Source of the DNA: Lepidodermella squamata
Taxonomy: Eukaryota; Animalia; Gastrotricha
Assembly (NCBI GenBank): GCA_047495785.1
Contig: JBLDXI010000013.1
Location: 124,001-188,000, forward strand
DNA length: 64,000 nucleotides
Reading direction: 5' to 3'
Notes under the pieces: generated by a model
Seen by the model: only the letters and a program-made list of their open reading frames with translations
What the model was told of the DNA's origin: nothing
The model's database searches: none
Made by a program: the position numbers and the translations under genes
Part shown: one piece after another, positions 11,314 to 22,215 of the stretch
How positions within the stretch are numbered: the stretch's first letter is position 1
Layout of the letters: each line of letters opens with the position of its first letter

Positions 11314-14300
11314 ATGAAGACTATTCCAGATCAATTGCTGACGTAAGTGCCGCAATACTTCGATGAGGCTAACCCATTCAGGTTTTCTGTTTGCAGGCAG
11401 GTTGAAGAGCTTAAAAGCCGACTTAACGCTGACAATGCAGCTTCTTCGGGTAGTCCGGTGCAACAGGCCCGGCAGTCCGGCACTAAGGGGCTGGCTTCAC
11501 AACAACCTCAGAAGCCGACAGACGCTTGGCTGTTGCGACAGCAGCTGCAGGATGCGTGCCACGATCTGATCTGCTCGGCCGCGGAGCTCGCAGTGAATAA
11601 ACGCACAGAACAGGACTTGTGGAACTATGCGTTCCGGCAGCAGATCACTCTGCTTGAAAGTCAGATGGAACAACAGCAGGCAAACAACGCTTCTCCCGTA
11701 CATCTAGCGGCGACACGTACCAGCTTGCAGTATTTCCTCGAATTAGCGACCGGGTTCTACCTGCAGTTGATGGAAGAGATCAGCCTGGTCGGCGCTCTCG
11801 ATGTCTATCCGCTGTGTCGAGATCGCGACCACTTCGGCGCCCTCTCGCCAGCATCGCTCTCGTCATCATCGACTGGCTCGCCCGTCGCAGCCTCCATGCC
11901 GCGCACTGTCGCCACTTATCTCGTTCAGCACTGCTTGGTGCACCTTGGCGACCTTGCTCGCTACATGGCCAAGTTGGCGCCGAACGATGTCGGCGGCAAC
12001 ACACCTTCAGACGCTGGCGTGGACCATCTCGAAATCGCGCAACATTATTACGTCGCCGCTGCCACTCTGGTTCCGTTCTCGGGACAGCCTTTCAACCAGC
12101 TGGCTATCGTCGAGGCGCAGCAGGGCAATAGACTAGGCGCCGCTTATCTCTACGCGAGGGCATTGAGTGCCCGCAGTCCGTTTCCTGCGGCCGAGCAGAA
12201 TCTGACTCGGCTGCTCGAGCGCATCCTGGCTTCGAGTCCGCTCGCGAAAGATCGTACAGCGAATGTGGTTCCACCGAAATCGATCGCAGAGTTGGTGACA
12301 ATTTGCATTCAACTCCTTGCGACGTCGTGGTTGAAACCGACGTCGGTGTCAAGCTTGGTCGCCTCCACAGTTTTGGCGCATCTCGGTTCGGCGGCGCAAT
12401 CTTTCCTGTCGGACCGCGTCGGTGCCACATTCTCGTGGTTTCAGCTGGTTCAGCTCGGTTTCTTGAATGCCTTTATCGTCTCGCGGCGCCACGGCAGTGC
12501 GTCGTCGACTGCCGGTGCCGCCTTCTCATTCACTGTGCTCTTCCTTAACCATCTCGTTCGCGAACTCACCACTGTGGCCAAGCAGTCAACTGCTGACAGT
12601 GCCGGCGTGGCACTGGGTCGCAGTCCGCTGCTACCAGCAACGCGCCTACTCGTGTCTTTCCTGGCGGCGAATGCCAATAGTTTGCTGAATGCGCCGCCTC
12701 CCGACCTAATAGCGCCGTCACAGCTGACTAGTGACGACGAAAATGTTACAGATGTGCGCTCTCCGAAGCTGTGGCACGCGCTGGCGAAGCTAGCCGACTT
12801 GGCTTCGTTAGCAGCACTCAAGTCTTCGCTACCCTACTCTTGCCCACTTCCTGAAGACGTCGAACTACGCGGCTGTAGCCTTTTCAACGATAATTTTTCC
12901 AATTCAAGGTGAGTATTTGGGCTCGTGACACTCAACGTTTCCTACGTAGTTCTGGGGATCAGGATTTCTAATCATATGTTGTGTGCTGCCTACGGTCATT
13001 TACGTTACGTGAAACTTGGGCTGCAATTCTATCAACTTTTAAAATTGCTTTAGCAAAGTTCCAGTGGTATAACTATATTAAAAATTTATTCGGAAACGGA
13101 ATTCATGTCCATTATCCTATTTCGCGCAAATAATAGAACCTGCTTTACTAACACGCTTCGGTATTTCTATTGTTCTAATGATATTCGTTCACTTGAGAAT
13201 TGATGCCTGCAACGTATTGTTAACGTAATGTTCAGCTTAATGGCTACCTTGAATAAATTCTTGTGTCTACTTCCAGCTCACGCGTGGCTTCTGCTGATGG
13301 CGGTACCAGCCCGCTGGAACGCGCCGCCTCGACCGAGCTTGACTTTGACTACAACCATGCAGCCTCCTATTCGACGGCACCGGCCGGCTCTGCTTCCGGC
13401 TCAGCGACCGCATTTCTGGCTTGCGCTCGCTTCAGTGAGGCATGCGCACGACTTGCCTCAGCCGCGCCGCAGTTCCTCGTCGTCGTGGCCAGTGAACCGT
13501 GTGCGCGGTTCTCGTGTCCCTTGGCGCCGCCAATGCAGTCGCAACCACAGCCAAACAGCGGTCTCATGACTGCATCGCAACTGCTCGCCAGCGTCTCGTC
13601 CGTCATCAACCAAGTGGCGCCGCATGCGAAACCTCAGCCGGAATCAGCTCTGGCTGCTGCTCTGACCGAGCAATCAACCAATCCGAATAGCAGCAACAAA
13701 CCATCGCCGCTTTTACCAACGCCGCTCAGTCAATCGTCGACCAGCTCGGCTAGCGATCGACCTCGAAACGTTGTCTTCCAGTCCTTCGTCCATACAATGC
13801 GAGCTCGTGGCCAGCCACCGGCTGTGACAACTGTGCAGCAGTCGACCGTGCCTACTACGACGACGCAATCAGGCACGAACTCCGGCAGCAACTCGCTGGT
13901 CGGCTCGCCGCGATTGGCCCACCAACAGCGATTCAACCAGTCAGGTTCTCGAGACCAACCGAATTCTGGAAATAACACGCCGCGGCAGTTCGTTCCTGGC
14001 TCCAGTAGCAATGGAAACGGCGATGACTCCGATAGACAGGACGTACGTGCACATCGTAATTTGCCGCCGCGACTGGCGCGGTTGGCCGAAGCAGAAGCAA
14101 ATTCTCGCGGTGGGCCCGGGTTGTCTAACAATCCCGGAAGTAATAACAACTCGCCGCGCAATTTGCAGCTCAACAGCTCGACGTCGTCGGGCGCGTCGTC
14201 TGCGCCACCGAACCGCCAGCCCATACCTGGTCTCACGAGGCATCAACAGCCTCCGGCTAGTTTGTTCCGATCCTCGGCAGACCAACAGCCACCCATCAGC

Positions 14301-15187
14301 GATCGTTTTGCTGGCAGTAGTGATTTTAGGTCGAGTGCTTTCCAAAAACCCACTACAAATTATACGGTTAAGGAAGACTCGAAAATGACGACGTTTGGAA
14401 AGCTTCCTGACACGCCTGTTGATGACGGCTGGCCAATATTAGCGAATTTAGGGCCGCATTTGGGTGCCAATCCAGATCAGCAACCTAAGAAAGCTGCACC
14501 AGCCCCCGAGCCGAAAGCGCAAATGCCGTTTGCGTCGGCCAATGTGTTGCTCGAAGGAAGTAAACCGTTTCAATTGGCTAGTAATGGCCCGAAGCCCAGC
14601 CAGCAAGCCGCGCCGGCCGAACGACCCACTGCTTTCTCGCTATTCGGTCTGCATGGTTCCGATTCTGAAGGTAACTGGCCGTTTTCTTTGAAAGGTGCTG
14701 TTGACTCGGCTCCGCAGCAGCAACAGCAGCCTATGAGCGGCTGGTCGCCAATGCAGTCTTCTGTCTCAGCTTTTGGAGCCCAAGGCACCAAAAGTCATTC
14801 GCAGCAGCAGCAAGAACCGCCTGTCGATTCACTGTTTCAGTCGTTGGCTGGCGGCAGCGCTCTTCGAAGCCAGCAGCAAGTTTCGAGTTCTGCTAAAAAT
14901 CCTACCGCCTCACTTTTCGGTCTTGGCGGCGAAACGTCGAATTCTTCATCTTCGACCTCAGCTTTCAGCGGCACGCGCAGCGCTGAGTCTATCGATTTAG
15001 GCGGATGGTCTCAGCTGGACTCCAACGGCATAAGTCCTACCAGGGCATGCGTCTTGCTTTTTGCTCAAAATTGTTCTAATTAGTCTTGTTTTTTTTTATG
15101 CAGCTATGGTCTGCGTTCGGATTCGACCTCAATAAAAACAAGCTGAGCGAGGCGACGGCTGGTGCTCCTCCGACCCCCCCGAACTGA
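11314..15187 (+). CDS. SMG7: SMG7 nonsense-mediated decay factor (EST1/14-3-3-like domain plus low-complexity tail)
   Basis: EQDLWNYAFRQQI, FLELATGFYLQL, QHCLVHLGDLARY, LVPFSGQPFNQLAI and PFPAAEQNL match the SMG7 N-terminus. Introns at 11343-11396 and 12909-13276, plus a short last intron before LWSAFGFD...PN*. Confidence 0.9.
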
Positions 15188-15661
15188 TTACCCAAGTGAC
15201 AAGCTACTACCATTTATTACAATTCGATTTGAACCATTCATTTGACAGTTCTAAAAAACACACGAACACAAACACATACACACACCAACAACAACTCAAA
15301 TTTAACCAGAAAATCGAGCAAGTACACCCATATGGACTGTTTCAGAAATACATATGAGTGTGTCTGCTGCAATTGAATTCAAATGTTTCTTTCTCTCTCG
15401 TTTCTCTTTCTCACTCATTACTAGAAAAATTTGAAAATCGAAGCTGATTGGAGGCGACTCTCTCTCTCTCTCTTTCTCTGCTGTATACAGTGCGGGGCGT
15501 GGGTCAAGAGCTGCCCATTGCCAAGGTGAAAAATGCTTGAGCAGCAGTGATAATGATGATGTTAGATGAAAAATGATGTGGCAATGATTTTAGACGACCG
15601 ATGGGATAAATTTCAAGTTTCTTATGCTTTGATCTTTTTTAGCCACTTTTTGTATATTCGA

Positions 15662-17585
15662 ATGCATCTGAAGCTGCGTTTGCCTCTATGGCGGATAGAT
15701 TTTCGAGGATTGTCATCCTCGCCTTCAGCCGCAAACAATTTGATGCTTTACGACTCGCGAACCAGATCGAAAAGAAAAATAAAGCCTCTGCATCCTGGGC
15801 TTCTTAAATGGTACATGTGTGGGCCAACTGTCTATGCCTCCTCTCACATAGGCCACGCGGCGTAAGGTGCAATTGAAAATGTTCTTACAATTATGGCATG
15901 ATCTTATTTTCAGAACTTACGTTCGGTTCGATGTGATTCGCCGAGTATTGTCGCAACTGTTCAACTATCGAGTCGTAGTTGCCATGTGCATCACTGATAT
16001 TGATGACAAGATCATCAATGTTGCAAGCAAGGTATGCAGCTGCCCTCCACCCTTATTTGCAATTTGCAAGTATTTCTGTCTAGCAAAACGTGCCGTTCAA
16101 ACAAGTTTCTCGGTTCTTTGAAGAAGAGTTCTTCGCCGACATGGATCGTCTCGGTGTTCTCCGGCCCTCTCTAATCCTACGTGTAACGGAACATATTCCT
16201 CAAATTGTCGCCTTCATTCAACGCGCAATCGATTCTAAGCTGGCGTATATTGTTGCGGATGGTTCGTTAGAACGCGCACTCGGTATGCTGTTATAATTAA
16301 CGAGATCTATTACTTACCTAGGATCGGTTTATTTCGACGTCCATTCGTACGGACCCCGTTACGATGTCTTCACCTCAGTTCAATCTGCCGATCCAGAAGC
16401 CACATCGGTTCCTGGTAAACGCTCACCCGCTGACTTTGCGTTGTGGAAATGCTCAAAGGCGGGCGAACCTAACTGGACCGCTACATTCAGGTCGGTTGAT
16501 GGTCAGCTGGTTTCCAGCCAAGGTCGTCCTGGTTGGCATATCGAATGTTCAACACTGTCGGAAATCGCATTTGGCAAACAGCTCGATTTACACAGCGGCG
16601 GGGAGGATCTCATGTTCCCTCATCACCAAAATGAGATTGCTCAGTCAGTAGCAGCCGGTTGCTGCGACAACCCATCGAACTGGGTGGGTCATTGGCTTCA
16701 TGCAGGTAGCGAATGATTTCATCCGTCATTTTTTATGCAATCCGATCTGTTTGTAGGTCATTTGCACATGCCCTCAACGGGTAGCGATGCCAAAATGAGT
16801 AAATCTCTTGGGAATGTAGTCACCATTCCGCAACTCTTAAGCGGTGACATCGCAGCATTAGACGCAGCTGGCCCTATATCACCCGCCGAATTTCGAGTAT
16901 TAACTACCCTGTCTCACTATCGTGACCGGCTTGCATTGACTGCTTCGCGAATCAACGAAGCGAAAAATTTATGGCGACGCGTTCTAGAATTTTCAGGCAT
17001 GCTACGCGCTTGGGCGTCTGGCCAGCTAACTCCGTCGGCCGCTTTGGTTGAAGAAGACTTATTTCAGCGATTGAATTCTTTCTCAAATGCGGTTGCGAAC
17101 AAATTGGCTGATGATATCGACTCTGCCAGTGCGTTAGATGAGTTGGATAGATTGATAAAAGATACAAACAAGTTGGTCCTATCGTCGGAATCGAACTGCT
17201 CCGGCCATGGGGCTGCGGTGTGCCGTGCTATTCCGTTGGATTACCTACACGCCGTATCTTCTCTGACATCTATGATCGGTTTGCCCAATCCGGACCCAGC
17301 CGCAGGAGCTAATTCTCAACCAACCGGTTCTGGGTCTGAAGCGGAATATTCCAAAGCCCTTACTGCCGCCGTTGAATTCCGTGGGGCAGTTCGGCAGCAT
17401 GCTTTGGCCAAAACAAGCGATTCCAAAGTCTTGTTGAAGTATTGTGATGAATTTCGCTCGAACCTCAGTGATTGCGGGTTTACCATCAAGGTAAAATATG
17501 TGTGACCTTGACATCTAAGCGTCTATTCTAGTTTCCTTTTCTATAGGATACTGGTAACGGCAAGGCAACATGGAGCCGTAAATAG
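15662..17585 (+). CDS. CARS2: cysteinyl-tRNA synthetase, probably mitochondrial
   Basis: [62 protein letters not shown]; basic transit-peptide-like N-terminus. Confidence 0.92.
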
Positions 17586-17734
17586 GGGCGCAATTTAATT
17601 TTATTGAATGATATTTTCCTGCCAATAGGATTTATGCTGTGTAAACCATCAGACATTTGAATATCGTTTAGGGCTTTTATAATTCTATTGAACACGTTTG
17701 AAGAAGAATGACCTAAGCTCATTTCGGCCTATAA

Positions 17735-19252
17735 ATGGCTCATCTCAGCACCGGGGCTGCTCAAATTTTCGGCCCGGGCCGTTCGATTGTGATCCTTGAT
17801 CATTCTCACGTCTCGCAGGCCCGAGGCATCCTTTCACTACTTCCTGTTCATCTCCAGAGTGGAAAGTATGTTCACCTTGATCACCTTCATCGGCAGAGCA
17901 TTCAAATGTACCTTTTTTAGTCAAAGCTATCCGAATCTTCATAGAATGCTTTGTGATATAATCGACAGCTTGGGAAGAGCGTCAGCTACTGTAAGTTTTA
18001 TTTGATTCTGTTGATGATAGTATAATCAACCTGCTCTTATGTATCCAGGCTCAAGGTTTATCGACGATGATAACCAGTGCATCAAAACTTGCATCTTCGC
18101 CCGACCAAAGACTTTACTGCTTAATTGACACTCAGTAAGCTGAATTTCTTTTTCGCATCGTCCGCAAATGTGCTTGCTTGAATTTTCAGTGCTGACCGAG
18201 TTGTTGGAATGCTGAAAACCGGTCGTAAGAGGCTATTCCTGGCCGATCCGCGTCGATCCGATACAACCGATTCGGCCATGGTCGAATGCATGCCGCTGTG
18301 TATTCTTGACTTTTACGTGGTCGAAGGTCAGCAGCGGCGAGGACACGGCCGCCGCCTGTGTGACGCCATGCTCGGCTTGGAAGGCTGCAACATTGCTCAC
18401 TGCGCCGTTGACCGGCCGTCGCCGAAAATGGTCGCCTTCCTGTCTAGGCATTACGGCTTGTCGAAGCCTAATTGCCAGCGTAACAACTTCGTAGTCTTCG
18501 AATCCTTCTTCAGCCCGCACAATCCTTTCCTCGCCTCGCGCGCCTCTTCTGGTCGTCGAAATTACTCAGCAACTAGTTTGACCAGTAACAGCGCATTGCG
18601 GAAGTCGTTTTCAAGCGACTCCATTCCAGGCTCTAGATCGGCCTTCCCTCAAACGTCGTATGGTCAAGATTTCGGCTTCAGACAGCAGCCGGTGGAAAAG
18701 CCGTATTATCAGAGAATGGACTCAAACAACCAGACAATCGATATACAAAAGCCACGGACTTTGCCTCCTTTGCCGGGAAACGCGTATAGTCGGATACCGG
18801 ACGAACAACGAGTCGGGCGGGACCGGTACGTTCAGCCGATGTCGGCTGATGTCATTATGAAGAACAAGGCGCCTATGAGCCAGGTCAAGTCGTCGCCCTC
18901 GTTCGCCTATGCATCTGAGTTCTCTGAACCTCCCTTGCTCAGTCGTGAAGTACCTGATTCGTATCGTCAGTTATTCTCAACCAATTCTGACCAAACGCCG
19001 AGGTTGGCGAGACTTGAAAAGCAGCCTGTGAATGGGTTTTACCACGCTGCTGAATCAGTGAAGCCTCCTCATCAGTTACCGCCACGGGACCAGCCGAATT
19101 ATTACAGCATAGGGTTCCAGCGGCAAAATCTCTACGGCGGTACTCCGTCTGCAGGTCAGCAGAACCCAGCTCAACAGGCGAACGGGTTTAGTGCTAGCGG
19201 TGGCGGTGTAAACAACCAGGCACGATATCAACGACTGCCCCGGCCATTTTAG
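17735..19252 (+). CDS. ATAT1: alpha-tubulin N-acetyltransferase (ATAT1/MEC-17)
   Basis: IIDSLGRASA|AQGL..ITS, GMLKTGRKRLF, PLCILDFYV..QRRGHG, AVDRPSPKM..FL..HYGL..NNFVVFESFF. Confidence 0.93.
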
Positions 19253-20047
19253 CGTAACTTCCTGATATCAAATGTAGATGTTTCCTGTGGAGCATTCCTG
19301 GTATTGACTGTGGTCTCCCTATTTTTTATTTACAGTGTTTATAGTTTATATTATTGTTGAACGTGATCTGCAAAGATTTTAAATAATCTATGGTGTGCAT
19401 GAATCTCAATATATTTATGGTTGAAAAAGTGATAATAAAACCGGAATATTTTATTGACTTTGTTACTGATTGCGGTTGAATTTGGCAAAAACGCGTGCGT
19501 CAGTCATCTTACCAGCAATTTTATTCGACAACAGGAGGTGTAAAATTAGTGGAAAACACTCAGACCAGAGTACAACAGCTCAGCTAGCGTTACATCAAAT
19601 AAAATGCGTTGTCAATTTGTGGCTGCCTCGTAATGGGAACCAGAGTAATCACTTATAAAGATCCGTGAGTAGAATAGATGAGATACAAAACAGCCATTAG
19701 TTTATTTAGCTCAAATCGGAGCATCGTCGGAAATGATAGACATTGTGGTAAGAAAAGGAACACGCTGAAAAGATGACGAGAAGCAGTTCGGTGGATTGAC
19801 TAGAACAGCGCCAGATCTTCGGCTCGTAGCTAAACGATAGTTAAAACAGAACGTAAAGACTGTATAAAAAGACAGTGAGATGCGGAAAATAGGCAGCGAC
19901 TAACTTCAGAATAAATAATTATCAGTCAATAAGATTGCTAATGAGTAATATTTACACGTTCAAATAAGATTCATACAATGAGAGACTAAGCAACAATAAA
20001 GAGTCCATAGCTAAAAGCAACAAATTCTACCGCAGCTTGACTGACTA

Positions 20048-22215
20048 CTACTTGATCTCCATGGCGTTCGCTGTGTTGATCATAGTGGGCATGAACGCTT
20101 GGGGATGCAACGCTTGCAGCAGGCCAGGAGTGCCAAGCACATGGCCAGCCGATGACACCGAAGAAAGTGAGCCGGATCGCGGCACGTGCAGAGGCGCCGC
20201 TGAGGCTGGCATCGAGTATGACGCGCCTGCGCCCTGCGAAGGCATCGGATCCTCGTCGTCTTCATACTCCTCCTCTTCGTTCATGTCGTCGCCGTCGCAA
20301 TCAACATCAGAATCGTCGGCGCCACCAGAATCTCGAGCTTGAAGGCTACCGTCGTAACTGTTGTTACTGTTGCTGTTTCCTTCATGCGCGATCATGGCGC
20401 CAGAAGATACTGAACCGCCTGCTGAACCATCGCCGTACTCTTCCTTCACTTCCTTCTTGCTCTTCTTAGATGGGCGCGGTGCGTCGGCCTCGCCGCCGCT
20501 TGCCGACTCGGCGCCACGACGGTGCGCACGCTTGTCCTTAGCACGTCGGTTTTGGAACCAAATTTTCACTTGGCGCTCGTTCAGACCGAGGGCACGCGCC
20601 AGCTCCTTCTTACGCGTTATCGTTATGAATTTATTTTGCCGATACTCCTGCTCGAGCTCAAACGTTTGGCTTGAAGTGTAGACGACGCGGTAGCGGTCTG
20701 CCGTGCGTACACCTGCGGAGCCGTGATGTCCACTGCCGCCTCCAGACTGGCTGCTCGCGTTAGGTGACACCATCGCCGGCGGTTGGTGGCTGCTGAGCAT
20801 GTACGGCGGCAAGCTAGCTCGACGATTGGCCAGGGCAGCAGGTGTGTGGCTCGGAATCGGCATGGCCTCACTAGGCTGCGTGGCAGACTGTTGTGGGGCC
20901 GGGCTTTGGTTCACCTGTGGCTTGGCCGCAAAGTTGGCTAGCGTCGCCGGGGAGAGCAGTCCGACATTGGCGCCGAATTGCTGTGCGAGAGCCGCCAAGT
21001 TTGACGCATTCAACGGGAGTTCGTGCGGCTTTGGTGGTGCAACAGTGGTTCCGCCAATCGAAGCGCGGTGATTGGATGAAACTAAAGAAAAATCGTCATA
21101 ATCCCCAATTCATCAAGATAAATGTTAACCATACCTGCTGATGCGATGGCAGATGAAAACTGAGCGTACGCTTTGGTCATGTCTCCACCGAGAGCTGGCA
21201 GGTTGAAAAAGTTACCGGCTGGCCCATTGCTGGCAATGCCTTGACGAAGGACGTCGGCCAACAACGCTACGTTTTGTTGTTGCAGCGAGTTGACCGTCGG
21301 CGCAACAAGGGACGGCGTCGACGCTGGCGCAGACCTATCGGCCGGTGCCGCTGATGCCATGCCAGCAGCAGACTGGCGACCACTAGCAGGTGGTCGATTT
21401 TCATCGGCAGCGCCTGCTGAAGGCAATTTGGTAGTCGGACGATGCGCAGCAGAAAAGTCGATTGGTTGATCGTCGATAGTGATTTCAATGGCGCCCGATT
21501 TGGTTGCCGCTGCGTTGTTATCAGCGAATTTAGCAGCCGGTTGGTTTCCCTCGGCGTCATCATCATCGTCGCTCGTTTCGCTGCTGCTGTCTTCCGAGTC
21601 AGACCGTTGCTGACTTTGTTGCAGTTGCTGCTGCTGCTTTTGCTGTAGCTGATGCATGTGCACGATCTGCGCCAATTTCTGCTGCGCTTCTGTGACCGCC
21701 TTACCGGCGTCGTGTTCGCATGGTACCGTTGCCAACAACGACGATGAGTCTGTTGAGCTGCTGTTGCCGCTACCTGGCGGCGTGAGTGCCGAAGCGGCAG
21801 CGGCTAACAGTGGCGATATCGCCGAAATGGTATCAGCAGACAAGTTCGTGTTCAACAGCGGAACAGTTGGCGGCACGGCTGAGGATGGCTGGTGAGCGCC
21901 GCACGACGAACACGGAATTTTCATATTGTTGGCAACCACGAGATGGTTCAGCAGTTTCACCAAGAACATCATCGTCATTTGCCTGAAAAAACAAAATGCT
22001 TAAAAATAAATCAACAGCTGGAAACGCGTAGCAAACCGGTATTTTTGAACAACTGACGCGAGCAGTTCGGGTGGCAATCTTCCCCCATTCGCCTCTTTGC
22101 TCATCAGAGCCCCAGTGGCGAATTCTTTTATTAGCGATTTGATGGCCGCATCGAAAAGGCACAAATCATTGGTGGTTGCCTCGAATATCTGGCCGATAGT
22201 GCTGAGCGGGTCCAT
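20048..22215 (-). CDS. Cdx: Cdx/caudal ParaHox homeobox protein, about 686 aa, 3 exons (alternative in-frame ATG at 22311)
   Basis: Homeodomain [22 protein letters not shown]...[33 protein letters not shown] carries the Cdx-diagnostic RT.D.YRVVY. Introns 21983-22036 and 21082-21134 join three ORFs in frame. Confidence 0.88.

Noticed and set aside
11363-14791. Many overlapping and antisense ORFs in the ORF track over SMG7 (likewise over SUCO, Cdx, LSM14 and AMFR)
   Set aside because: Shadow ORFs of GC-richer coding sequence with no domain signal.
15043-15103. GC-AG intron at the SMG7 3' end (and a similar agg|gcatg at the CK1alpha stop)
   Set aside because: An in-phase GT donor (gtcttg) is available 6 nt downstream in SMG7; the CK1alpha case would need an atypical 33-nt intron.
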